The translations under genes were made by a program, and so were the position numbers. The notes beneath the pieces are model-generated. The model saw only the letters and a list, made by a program, of their open reading frames with translations, was not told the DNA's origin and searched no databases. From positions 13,542 to 77,541 of the forward strand of contig LBUA01000001.1 in the NCBI GenBank assembly GCA_000992345.1: a DNA stretch of 64,000 nucleotides, given 5' to 3'. Positions within the stretch are counted from its first letter, which is position 1. Each line of letters starts with the position of its first letter. Source of the DNA: Parcubacteria group bacterium GW2011_GWD2_38_12 (GTDB lineage: Bacteria; Patescibacteriota; Minisyncoccia; GWC2-36-17). Positions 44,853 to 53,871 of this stretch are shown piece by piece.

Positions 44853-47303
44853 TTGATTTTAAATCTAAATTTAGACCCCAGAATATTGATTATTATTATT
44901 TTATTTGTAGCGCTGACCATTTCAATAATTGTCGCGCTAATTTTTATTTCTCGCATGAAAGAAGAGGGGAGATTGGAGCGGTCATTGAATATGGTTTTAT
45001 TTTTAGTGACATTGCCGAGATTCAAGCCGGAAAAAGAGGGCGAAAAACGTGAAGAGAAAAATTTTATAGCGATATCGGAACAGTTTTTTACCGGTTTATC
45101 GGAGATAACAGACAAGGGATTTTTGAAAAATTTTATTTATGGCCAGCCGTACTTGGTACTGGAGATGGCTGTGTCGTCAAATGCCAATGAAATAGTTTTT
45201 TATATTGCTGTCCCGAGAAAATTTTCCGAAATTCTAGAAAGACAAATTCATAGTTTTTTCCCCGGCGCTTTTTATGAGAGAGTAAAAGACTACAACCCCT
45301 TTGTTTCGGGTGGATATACTGCCGCATCTTATGTTTCTCTTGCCAAGCATTATGCAATGCCGGTTCGCACATATCAAAAAATGGAAGTTGATCCATTAAG
45401 CGCGTTCGCTAATTCGCTCTCAAAGTTGCAGGAAAAGGGAGAAGGCGGAGCGATACAACTATTAATTTCTCCTGCAAAAAATTGGCAAAAATTCAGTTCG
45501 GAAGTGATAAGGCAAATGCAAAAAGGATTGGAATTTTCTAGAGCTATCAAAAGGGCGCAGGGCGGCGTTTGGGAAACTATCAATGAAATATTTATCAAGA
45601 AAAAAAAAGAGAAAGAGCCAAAATTATTGACGCCAATCCAAGAAGAGGAAATAAAAATTATCAGCGAAAAGGCGCAAAAAGTCGGTTTTGCGGTAAATAT
45701 TAATCTTGTGGCTTCGGCGCAAACGAAAGCCAGAGCAGAAGAAATTTTATCGCAAATAGAGAAAAGTTTTACCCAATTTTCTTCACCTAATCTTAATTCT
45801 TTCAAAATTAATCGTTTGAGCAGTAAGGTGGCTGAAGATATAATTTATGATTTTTCCTTTCGGATTTTTCACATACACAGCAAAATGATTTTAAATACAG
45901 AAGAATTGGCGAGTATATATCATTTCCCCACTCCGTATTTGGAAACGCCCAAGATAAGATATCTGACCTTCAAAAAAGCTCCTCCGCCGGTAACTTTACC
46001 AGAGGAAGGGGTGATGCTGGGAATAAATATTTATCGCGGCATTGAGACTACCGTGAAGATGACGCGCGATGACAGGAGAAGACATTTGTATGTTATCGGT
46101 CAAACCGGCACGGGAAAAACATTTTTATTGCAAAATATGATTCGCCAAGATATGGAAAACGGTGACGGATGCTGTTTCATCGATCCGCACGGTGAGGCGA
46201 TTGAATACATTTTGGGATTAGTGCCGAAAAATAGGGCGGATGATGTCGTGGTTTTTGACCCAGCCGACCTTGAAAGGCCTTTAGCGTTGAATTTTCTGGA
46301 GTATGACCCTGCCCATCCGGAACAGAAAACTTTCATTACCAATGAACTGCTTGTGATATTGGATCGACTTTATAATCTTAAAGAAACCGGCGGGCCAATG
46401 TTTGAAAGATATTTAAGAAATACTTTGGGGCTTTTGATGGATTTTCCGGAAAAAGGATTTACTTTGATGGAGATACCAAAAATTTTTGCTGATGAAGATT
46501 TCAGGAATAATCTTTTGGCGAATTGCAAAGATATTTTAGTAAAAGAATTTTGGGAAAAAGAGGCGCTTAAAGTGAAGGGTGAAGGATCGTTGGCTGAGTT
46601 GACCCCATATATCACCAGTAAATTTGGCATATTTATAAATAATGATTATATGAGGCCCATTATCGGCCAATCAAAAAGCACTTTGAATTTTAGCGATATT
46701 ATAAATAACAAAAAGATATTATTGATAAATCTTTCTAAGGGGAAAATAGGCGATATAAATTCGCAGTTGCTCGGTATGATAGTTGTCGGTAAATTAACTC
46801 AAGCGGCATTGGCGCGTGTTGATATGCCCCAAGAACAAAGAAAAGATTTTTATTTATACATTGACGAGTTTCAAAATTACACCACTCCGTCGATTTCCAC
46901 TATTTTATCCGAGGCGAGAAAATATCGGCTATGTCTTAATTTGGCGCATCAATTTATTGGTCAATTGCCTGAAGATATTTCAAAAGCTGTTTTTGGCAAT
47001 GTCGGATCTCTGGCGCTTTTTCGGGTTGGACCGGAAGACGCGGAATTTTTGACGCAATTTTTAAAGCCGGTATTTTCCGAATATGATTTGATAAATTTGG
47101 ATAATCGGAACGCATTGGTCAAGTTGTTGGTAAATGGCGCAGTGACTCAGTCATTTAACATTACCACGACAATGACCGATATTCCGTCGCCCGATTTGGA
47201 GATTACCTCTGCCATCAAACAGCTTTCTCGCTTGAAATTTGGGCGCGATAAAGTGATAATAGAAGAAGAGATAAGAACTCGCTATAAACAATCTGACAAT
47301 TAA
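44853..47303 (+). CDS. Membrane-anchored VirB4/VirD4 (HerA-FtsK clade) ATPase
   Basis: N-terminal TM helix, RRRHLYVIGQTGTGKT, IDPHG, YIDEFQN, EARKY..LAHQ, GNVG. Confidence 0.88.
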   Translation: MILNLNLDPRILIIIILFVALTISIIVALIFISRMKEEGRLERSLNMVLFLVTLPRFKPEKEGEKREEKNFIAISEQFFTGLSEITDKGFLKNFIYGQPYLVLEMAVSSNANEIVFYIAVPRKFSEILERQIHSFFPGAFYERVKDYNPFVSGGYTAASYVSLAKHYAMPVRTYQKMEVDPLSAFANSLSKLQEKGEGGAIQLLISPAKNWQKFSSEVIRQMQKGLEFSRAIKRAQGGVWETINEIFIKKKKEKEPKLLTPIQEEEIKIISEKAQKVGFAVNINLVASAQTKARAEEILSQIEKSFTQFSSPNLNSFKINRLSSKVAEDIIYDFSFRIFHIHSKMILNTEELASIYHFPTPYLETPKIRYLTFKKAPPPVTLPEEGVMLGINIYRGIETTVKMTRDDRRRHLYVIGQTGTGKTFLLQNMIRQDMENGDGCCFIDPHGEAIEYILGLVPKNRADDVVVFDPADLERPLALNFLEYDPAHPEQKTFITNELLVILDRLYNLKETGGPMFERYLRNTLGLLMDFPEKGFTLMEIPKIFADEDFRNNLLANCKDILVKEFWEKEALKVKGEGSLAELTPYITSKFGIFINNDYMRPIIGQSKSTLNFSDIINNKKILLINLSKGKIGDINSQLLGMIVVGKLTQAALARVDMPQEQRKDFYLYIDEFQNYTTPSISTILSEARKYRLCLNLAHQFIGQLPEDISKAVFGNVGSLALFRVGPEDAEFLTQFLKPVFSEYDLINLDNRNALVKLLVNGAVTQSFNITTTMTDIPSPDLEITSAIKQLSRLKFGRDKVIIEEEIRTRYKQSDN

Positions 47304-47366
47304 CAAATGACGATTGACTATTTGGTCAAATGTCAAAGGTTAAAAGTCAAGAAGTTTGCAAAACAT

Positions 47367-48023
47367 ATGGAACAACCATTTCAGAGGGCTCAAGCAACGG
47401 TCGCGGTGGAATCAGCTTCTCCTGTGATTAAGTTTAGAAAAGGGGACGCAATAGCTTCGGTGGCGTTGGGGCTTATCATCGGATTTTTTACGCCGTTTAT
47501 TTTAAATAATATCGGACGGACTTTGCCTCTTCAGGATTTTTATTTTGTAATCTTCCCTATTGTGGCGCTGATGGGAATGTGGATTGTTTTTTTGATTGCC
47601 GCGAGAGTTCCGGTTTTGGTGCAGATTACGAAATTTGGCGCAATTGGCGCAGCTAATACCGTAATTGATTTTGGGATATTGAATTTTCTGTCTTTCAAAT
47701 TCCAGATTTTTAGCGGAGGAAGTCTGACTATATTGAATATTATTTCTTTTAGTGTCGCCGTCATAAATAGTTATTTTTGGAACAAGCACTGGACTTTTAA
47801 ATCCGAGCAAAATAATTCCAGCAAACAATTTATAGAGTTTATTGTTGTGTCCGTTATAGGAGTATTAATAAATACTGGAATAGTTTATTTAATGACGACT
47901 TTGGTTATTCCTTTTGCTGGTATTTCCGAGCAGATTTGGTTAAATATCGGCAAATTGATGGCAACATTTATTTCTCTTGCATGGAACTTCGCTGGTTATA
48001 AATTTATAGTGTTTAGAAAATAA
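47367..48023 (+). CDS. GtrA-family membrane protein with two extra N-terminal TM helices
   Basis: KFGAIGAANTVIDFG, NSYFWNKHWTF, WNFAGYKFIVF. Confidence 0.9.
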   Translation: MEQPFQRAQATVAVESASPVIKFRKGDAIASVALGLIIGFFTPFILNNIGRTLPLQDFYFVIFPIVALMGMWIVFLIAARVPVLVQITKFGAIGAANTVIDFGILNFLSFKFQIFSGGSLTILNIISFSVAVINSYFWNKHWTFKSEQNNSSKQFIEFIVVSVIGVLINTGIVYLMTTLVIPFAGISEQIWLNIGKLMATFISLAWNFAGYKFIVFRK

Positions 48024-48201
48024 GGGCTTTATTAAAATTTTAGAGCAGAAAGCAAATAAAATTTAGATAGTAAATCTTAACCTTGTTAAATCCCCGCGGA
48101 GCTGGGGCGCCAAAGGCGCATTTAACAGGGTACTCGATTTTGAAATAAAATTTTGCGCACTCCGCAAAGCTTCGTTTCAAAATTTCGATAAAATCGGCAT
48201 G
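48021..48201. repeat. Structured intergenic repeat, copy B
   Basis: Spans from the TAA of gtrA to the ATG of the next ORF. Homologous to copies A and C. Confidence 0.9.
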
Positions 48202-48684
48202 TATGAGATTTATAAATTTTTACATGGAATTGGAATTTTAATGACTGTTGGCGTGATTACCGCGTCGCTTATTTACGGTTGGTATAAAAAATTATTCCCA
48301 AATAATAAATTATTAACCAAAATCCAATTTCCATATAAGTGGATATCTCCGTCGGTGAAAATTGGCCTTGTTGTTTTAATTATTTCCGGCCTTGGGATGT
48401 ATGCGGAGAGAGCGGAACAATTCAATAGTTCGGCGGTTTTTTGGATAAAAATGGGTTTTGTTTTGGCGCTTGTAATAAATAATATTTGGTTAAACAGCAT
48501 TTTAAAACCAAAAGGCAAAAAGATATTTTCCGATCCAGTTCTTGCCAATTCGCCGGAAGCCTTAAAACTTAAAAAGACATTTAATTTTGCAGAAAATCTG
48601 TCTTTATTTTTATGGTTCACAACCATGATTGTAAGTTTTCTTTTGCCTGAGGGCCGTGAAGAGCGCGGAGGAAGAGAATTTTAA
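48199..48684 (+). CDS. Hypothetical four-TM membrane protein
   Basis: FLHGIG, IISGLGM, FWIKM pattern, hydrophobic. Confidence 0.7.
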   Translation: MYEIYKFLHGIGILMTVGVITASLIYGWYKKLFPNNKLLTKIQFPYKWISPSVKIGLVVLIISGLGMYAERAEQFNSSAVFWIKMGFVLALVINNIWLNSILKPKGKKIFSDPVLANSPEALKLKKTFNFAENLSLFLWFTTMIVSFLLPEGREERGGREF

Positions 48685-48766
48685 TTATAGATTTATAACA
48701 CACAGAGCATGCAGCATGAAGTCCGCCGCGGCGGATTCATGTTTCATGTCTCATGTTTTATGTTGC

Positions 48767-49882
48767 ATGAGCTTAGTTTTATATCGTAAATATCGTCCTA
48801 AAACTTTTGCCGAGATTAGCGGGCAAAAGCATATTGTTGAAACCTTGGTCAATGCCATAAAGAGCGGGCGAGTAGCGCATGCCTATTTATTTTGCGGTCC
48901 GCGCGGCACAGGCAAGACGACTATGGCGCGTTTACTTGCCAAAGCATTAAATTGCGAAAAACTTTTAACTTTTAACTTTAAACTTTCAACTGACCCAATA
49001 GAGCCGTGTAATAAATGTTTGAGTTGTCAGTCAATCAACGATGGCAATGCTCTGGATATCATTGAAATAGACGCGGCTTCCAATAGGGGTATTAATGAAA
49101 TTCGCGATTTGCGCGAAGGAGTAAAATTTTCTCCAGCCGCGCTTAAATACAAAGTATTTATTATTGACGAGGTACATATGTTAACCAAAGAAGCGTTCAA
49201 TGCTCTGCTTAAAACACTGGAAGAGCCGCCCCAGCACGCCATTTTTATTTTGGCCACAACCGAAGCGAATAAAATACCAGCGACGATTTTATCGCGTTGT
49301 CAGAGATTTGATTTTAGAAAATTATCGGTCAATGAGATTATAGAAAGGCTGAATGGAATTATAAAAAAGGAGGGGATAGATTGCGGCGATGATGTTGTAA
49401 GCTTTATTGCGACAATCAGCGATGGCGGACTTCGCGATGCTGAGTCATTGCTTGGCCAAATTATTAGCGTATCGAGCGGGAAAATAGATTTGGAAACGGT
49501 TCAGGATGTTTTAGGGATTGCCGACATGAGAGATGTATATGCATTTGTTGATTTGCTTATTAATAATAATCATCAGGAAATTTTTAAATTTATCAATAAT
49601 CTTTTTAATCAGGGAAAAGATATGGCGGAGTTTATGAGATCATCTTCTAATTATTTAAGAAAAATGATGATTTGTCAGATTGACAATGCGCTTGTTGCCA
49701 CCGTAGCCAAAGATATGACACGCGAACAACAGGTAAATTTGTGCTCCCAGGCGCAAAAATTTGAAAATGCCAAGATTCATAAAATAGTGGCCCGACTAGT
49801 GGATGCTGAAAATCAAATTAAAAAATCATTCTCTCCTATTATTCCCATTGAGCTTGCTATGATTGATATTTTAGGGATATAA
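48767..49882 (+). CDS. dnaX: DNA polymerase III gamma/tau (short form)
   Basis: LYRKYRP, GPRGTGKT, EIDAASNRG, IIDEVHML, LLKTLEEPP, SRC. Confidence 0.97.
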   Translation: MSLVLYRKYRPKTFAEISGQKHIVETLVNAIKSGRVAHAYLFCGPRGTGKTTMARLLAKALNCEKLLTFNFKLSTDPIEPCNKCLSCQSINDGNALDIIEIDAASNRGINEIRDLREGVKFSPAALKYKVFIIDEVHMLTKEAFNALLKTLEEPPQHAIFILATTEANKIPATILSRCQRFDFRKLSVNEIIERLNGIIKKEGIDCGDDVVSFIATISDGGLRDAESLLGQIISVSSGKIDLETVQDVLGIADMRDVYAFVDLLINNNHQEIFKFINNLFNQGKDMAEFMRSSSNYLRKMMICQIDNALVATVAKDMTREQQVNLCSQAQKFENAKIHKIVARLVDAENQIKKSFSPIIPIELAMIDILGI

Positions 49883-49884
49883 TT

Positions 49885-49912
49885 TTCTAGCTTCTAGCTT
49901 CTAGCTTCTAGC
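49885..49912 (+). repeat. (TTCTAGC)4 heptamer array just upstream of tRNA-Gln
   Basis: Four perfect copies. Confidence 0.95.
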
Positions 49913-49916
49913 TTTT

Positions 49917-49987
49917 TGCGGGATCGTCTAATGGTAGGACTCCGCCCTTTGAAGGCGGCTATCTTGGTTCGAATCCAGGTCCCGCAG
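49917..49987 (+). tRNA. trnQ: tRNA-Gln(UUG), CCA not encoded
   Basis: Acceptor TGCGGGA/TCCCGCA, anticodon arm CCGCC-CTTTGAA-GGCGG, T-loop GTTCGAATC. Confidence 0.95.
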
Positions 49988-50049
49988 CACGAGTCAGTGC
50001 GTTATTGAGAGACCGAGAAGGCTATATTTTAAGTTATTAATTATATCTA

Positions 50050-50484
50050 ATGCAAAATTACAAAGACAAAATAATTGAATTTATAAGATTATTTTTGTTA
50101 TCGTTGTTTATAATATTTGTTTTATTAATTTTACCAATACTAATAGAAACTATTTTAAGATTATATTTGGAAAGTAGAACAATTGGCGTATTAATAACAT
50201 CTATTTATTTAATTACTTTTCTATATATTTTATATTATAAAAAAAGAGACAAGAGTAAGACATTTCTAGAAAATTTTTATTTGTTTACAAATTCCATAAG
50301 AAAATCTATAAAAGAAATAATTAGTTTTATTACAAAAATTCCTCACTTTTTTAAATTAACAGGAAATTCTATTATCAAAATAGTAGGTTACATTTTTGTT
50401 GCGGCATTGATAATAATCCCAATATTTATAGTCATAATAATTATGTTAGCCATTATAAAATGGTCTTTTCAAATAGTGTTTTAG
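50050..50484 (+). CDS. Very AT-rich hypothetical membrane protein
   Basis: Three hydrophobic segments, downstream of the tRNA. Confidence 0.6.
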   Translation: MQNYKDKIIEFIRLFLLSLFIIFVLLILPILIETILRLYLESRTIGVLITSIYLITFLYILYYKKRDKSKTFLENFYLFTNSIRKSIKEIISFITKIPHFFKLTGNSIIKIVGYIFVAALIIIPIFIVIIIMLAIIKWSFQIVF

Positions 50485-50541
50485 TTTTTAATCTATTAAA
50501 ATAAGATTTTGTTAGTAAATAATTGTTTAGATAAAATATTT

Positions 50542-51111
50542 ATGGAAGATCAAATAATTAAAATATCTGAAGATATAACTTCTATTGCTGATAGCACTAA
50601 TCAAATTCAATCTTATATTAAAATCATCTTACAACGCCATTGGTGGGATACTCAATGGTTTTCTTCGTTATTTGGTGTTATTTTGGGCACTATAATAACA
50701 TTATCGATTGGATGGATGAAAGATTATTTACAATGGAGAAAGAAAATTTTATTGAGTTGGTATAAAAAATTGATAAAAGGCCCAAATTTAGATGATCTAA
50801 TATATCAAGCGCTTCATATTAGTTATGCTTATGGTGGAAAAGATACAAATGACAAATCCTTATCAGAAAAAGTTTTAATTGAGTTTCGTAAAAAATATAA
50901 GCATTGGAATCTTCCATTATTATCAAGACTTCGGTTTTTATTTATAAAATGTGAGAAGTTTATTAAAAAATTACCAAATAAAAATAATGCACAGTATGAA
51001 GAATTTAAGAAAAGTGATGAATATAAAATATTAAATAAAATTTTTAATAAAATTATTTTTATTTCCGAAAAGAGCACCGGAGAAAATCGATGGACATTAA
51101 TTAATGATTAA
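50542..51111 (+). CDS. Very AT-rich hypothetical protein with one TM helix
   Basis: ORF with ATG at 50542 and no recognised motif. Confidence 0.6.
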   Translation: MEDQIIKISEDITSIADSTNQIQSYIKIILQRHWWDTQWFSSLFGVILGTIITLSIGWMKDYLQWRKKILLSWYKKLIKGPNLDDLIYQALHISYAYGGKDTNDKSLSEKVLIEFRKKYKHWNLPLLSRLRFLFIKCEKFIKKLPNKNNAQYEEFKKSDEYKILNKIFNKIIFISEKSTGENRWTLIND

Positions 51112-51182
51112 AATAATTAAATATTTAATTTATAGCTACCACCGCGACCCGACCGAGACGGGTTATTGTGGTATAATAAAAA

Positions 51183-51294
51183 CAGTCAAAAAAGCTCTCA
51201 ACGGTCTCGCTAGTTTTGGTTCTAGACCGGAGTAGCTAGCCAACAAAGATAAGTTGGAAAGACTGCCTCGCGGATAGATATCCGCGAGGTTTTT
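51183..51294 (+). ncRNA. Candidate structured small RNA
   Basis: Extended -10 TGGTATAAT at 51169-51177, nested helices and a GC-rich terminator. Family not recognised. Confidence 0.35.
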
Positions 51295-51306
51295 GTTTTG
51301 TAGGCA

Positions 51307-52017
51307 TTATAGAAGTGATAAAAATTCTTCCAGTTCTTTTCCGATAATTGGCCTTATTTTATTAGGTTTGAGATTACCAAGGCGTATGTTCATAATGCGA
51401 ATTCTTTTTAGATCTGCGACTGCATACCCAAGCGCTCCGCACATTCTTCTGATTTGATGTTTTTTGCCTTCCGTCAGGATTATTCTAAAAGTAAAGTTAT
51501 TGATGCGACTAATTTTGCATTTCTTTGTTCTATAACCATCAATATTCACACCCTCGCTCATGCGTTTGAAAAAACTCGGCTTCAAGGGAGTTCTAACATT
51601 TACGATATATTCTTTTTCGTGATTATATTCAGGACTCAAGAGTTTTTCGGTGATGCGACCATCGTCCGTGAGGATTATTAATCCCTCAGAATCTTTATCA
51701 AGGCGACCCATAGGGAAAATATGTGTATTTAACAAAAAATCGCGAATGCTTTTTTCGTTCATTTGCGGGCTGTGAGTAATAACGCCGCGAGGCTTATTAT
51801 AGGCGATATAAGAATATTTTCTATTCGCTATATCTCTTGGTATTTTTACATCATCTCCTTCGTTGACCATATCGCCAAGCACGGCAATTTTACCATTTAT
51901 AAATACATTTTTTCTTCTAATCAGATCATCAGCCCCTCTGCGGGTCGCGAGGTTATGTAGAGCCAGATATTTATTTATCCTTATTGGATAGGATATTGAT
52001 TTTGAATTTTTAAGCAT
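51307..52017 (-). CDS. 23S rRNA pseudouridine synthase (RluF/RluB-like)
   Basis: S4 domain RINKYLA, YNKPRGV, GRLDKDSEGL, EGKKHQIRRM. Confidence 0.93.
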   Translation of the reverse strand: MLKNSKSISYPIRINKYLALHNLATRRGADDLIRRKNVFINGKIAVLGDMVNEGDDVKIPRDIANRKYSYIAYNKPRGVITHSPQMNEKSIRDFLLNTHIFPMGRLDKDSEGLIILTDDGRITEKLLSPEYNHEKEYIVNVRTPLKPSFFKRMSEGVNIDGYRTKKCKISRINNFTFRIILTEGKKHQIRRMCGALGYAVADLKRIRIMNIRLGNLKPNKIRPIIGKELEEFLSLL

Positions 52018-52121
52018 ATTATTTTATACATTATTTTTATAAACTTGTAAACTAAGGGATTTTACTAAAAAAAGTTATATGTTATAATGATTGTATTAAT
52101 AATTAATACACTTGTAAATTT

Positions 52122-52190
52122 ATGGCGAAAGGAAACAACGCTCAAAGAAAAGAAAAGAAGAAACCGAAAAAGGATAAGAAAAAGAAGTAG
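52122..52190 (+). CDS. 22-aa lysine-rich small protein MAKGNNAQRKEKKKPKKDKKKK
   Basis: Clean ATG..TAG frame after TATAAT at 52083. Below the ORF-track cutoff. Confidence 0.6.
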   Translation: MAKGNNAQRKEKKKPKKDKKKK

Positions 52191-52229
52191 TTTTAATTAC
52201 CCTTTTTAATTACAAAACCTATTAGGGGG

Positions 52230-52258
52230 TTGACAAAGCTAAGAAAGTTGTATATTAT
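52230..52258 (+). promoter_or_regulatory. Predicted promoter of the DEAD-box gene
   Basis: TTGACA-17 bp-TATTAT. Confidence 0.6.
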
Positions 52259-52337
52259 TGGGGAATTAAGAAATAACAAAGTATCAAATATCTCACTGAG
52301 GCCGCGCTAATTATTGCAATATTGCAATTACTCTTAG

Positions 52338-52375
52338 AAAATGTCGCAGGATTCCGTGCGACATTTTGCTTTTTT
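52338..52375 (+). terminator. Terminator-like hairpin in the DEAD-box 5' leader
   Basis: aaaatgtcgca-ggattccg-tgcgacatttt followed by a T run. Confidence 0.6.
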
Positions 52376-52445
52376 GGAGGTTGTTTAAAGACTTTTTTCG
52401 TAGCGATTGCAGTAGAAAAGCGAGTTTTTAAATAGCTTCAGCGGT

Positions 52446-53636
52446 ATGTATAGAAATAACACTCGCCACGGCGAGGGTTCGTTTGGTAGATTTTCCGGCA
52501 ATAGAAAGCGACCAGCGCGTCGCGCGCGTCGCGGTCAAAATATTGATGTTTCAAAATTCATCAATAAAGCGGTCATAACCGAAACAACAGAACATTTTGT
52601 TCCCGAACATTTGTTCGCTGATTTTAATATTGATGCTCGCTTAAAAGCGAATGTCTTAGCTAAAGGATATAATACTCCAACTCCGATTCAGGATAAATCA
52701 ATCCCGCATATTTTGCGCGGATCCGATATTGTGGGTATTGCCAATACCGGAACCGGGAAAACCGGAGCATTTCTTGTTCCTCTTATTCAGAAAGTATTGA
52801 TAAATCATAAAGAAAAAGTTTTGATTATCGTGCCGACTCGCGAATTGGCTTTGCAAATTGATAAAGAATTCAAGAGTTTTGCCAGGGGATTGAATATGTT
52901 TTCCGTGTGTTGTGTCGGCGGCGCGCCTATCGGCAAACAGATTTCTGAATTGAGATATTATAATCATTTCATAATCGGTACCCCGGGCAGATTGAAAGAT
53001 TTGGCTCAAAGGGGCTTTATATCTTTTCCTCAGTTTTCTGCGATTGTCTTAGATGAAGCGGACAGAATGCTTGATATGGGATTTATTGATGATATGAAAT
53101 TTATAATGTCTAAGATGCCCGAGAAACGCCATACGTTATTTTTCTCGGCGACAATGTCTCGAGAAATTGAAGCGCTTATTAAAAATTTTCTACGCGACCC
53201 GATATCTATCTCGGTAAAAACCGGAGATACTCCAAAAAATGTTGATCAAGATATTGTGAGGGTATCGGCGGATAATAAAATAGATATATTGCATAATCTT
53301 CTGAAGAATGAAGAATTCAGCAAGGTGTTGATATTCGGCAGAACAAAACATGGCGTGGAAAAATTATCCGAGATACTGATTGCACGCGGATTTAAAGCGG
53401 AGTCAATCCATGGAGACAAAAATCATGCTAAGAGACAACGGGCCTTGGGACTTTTTATTGATAATCGCATTCAGATTCTTGTTGCTACTGATGTGGCGGC
53501 GCGCGGATTGGATATCCCCAATGTGAGCCATGTCATTAACTACGATATTCCTGCCGCGTACGAAGATTATGTTCACCGCATTGGTCGAACTGGTCGCGGC
53601 AATAAAAAAGGCAAAGCGCTCACATTTATTGGATAA
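52446..53636 (+). CDS. DEAD-box RNA helicase (core only)
   Basis: PTPIQ, ANTGTGKT, PTRELA, DEAD, SAT, TDVAARGLD, HRIGRTGR. Confidence 0.97.
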   Translation: MYRNNTRHGEGSFGRFSGNRKRPARRARRGQNIDVSKFINKAVITETTEHFVPEHLFADFNIDARLKANVLAKGYNTPTPIQDKSIPHILRGSDIVGIANTGTGKTGAFLVPLIQKVLINHKEKVLIIVPTRELALQIDKEFKSFARGLNMFSVCCVGGAPIGKQISELRYYNHFIIGTPGRLKDLAQRGFISFPQFSAIVLDEADRMLDMGFIDDMKFIMSKMPEKRHTLFFSATMSREIEALIKNFLRDPISISVKTGDTPKNVDQDIVRVSADNKIDILHNLLKNEEFSKVLIFGRTKHGVEKLSEILIARGFKAESIHGDKNHAKRQRALGLFIDNRIQILVATDVAARGLDIPNVSHVINYDIPAAYEDYVHRIGRTGRGNKKGKALTFIG

Positions 53637-53871
53637 GGGCTTCGTCTAAAATTTGAATCCGCCCAGTCTCGATTTTTCTTGAAAAATCGAGGATGCTCAA
53701 TTACAAAGTAATCGGCACTGGCGGAGCACAAATTTTAGAAACAAAACCTTACCCTGTTAAATCCCCGCGAAGCGGGGGTGCGAAAGCGCATTTAACAGGG
53801 TGCTCATTTTTGAAACGAAATTTTGCGCACTCCGCAAAGCTCCGTTTCAAAATTTTGACAAAATCGGCATG
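53634..53871. repeat. Structured intergenic repeat, copy C, with a nested extra insert
   Basis: Spans from the TAA of the DEAD-box gene to the ATG of ABC-F. Confidence 0.9.

Noticed and set aside
48656-48766. N-terminal extensions of dnaX (and similarly pheS, greA, lysS, gtrA, trmD) in the ORF track
   Set aside because: The extensions are read-through of heptamer arrays or hairpins. Family homology begins at the downstream ATG or TTG used in the features.
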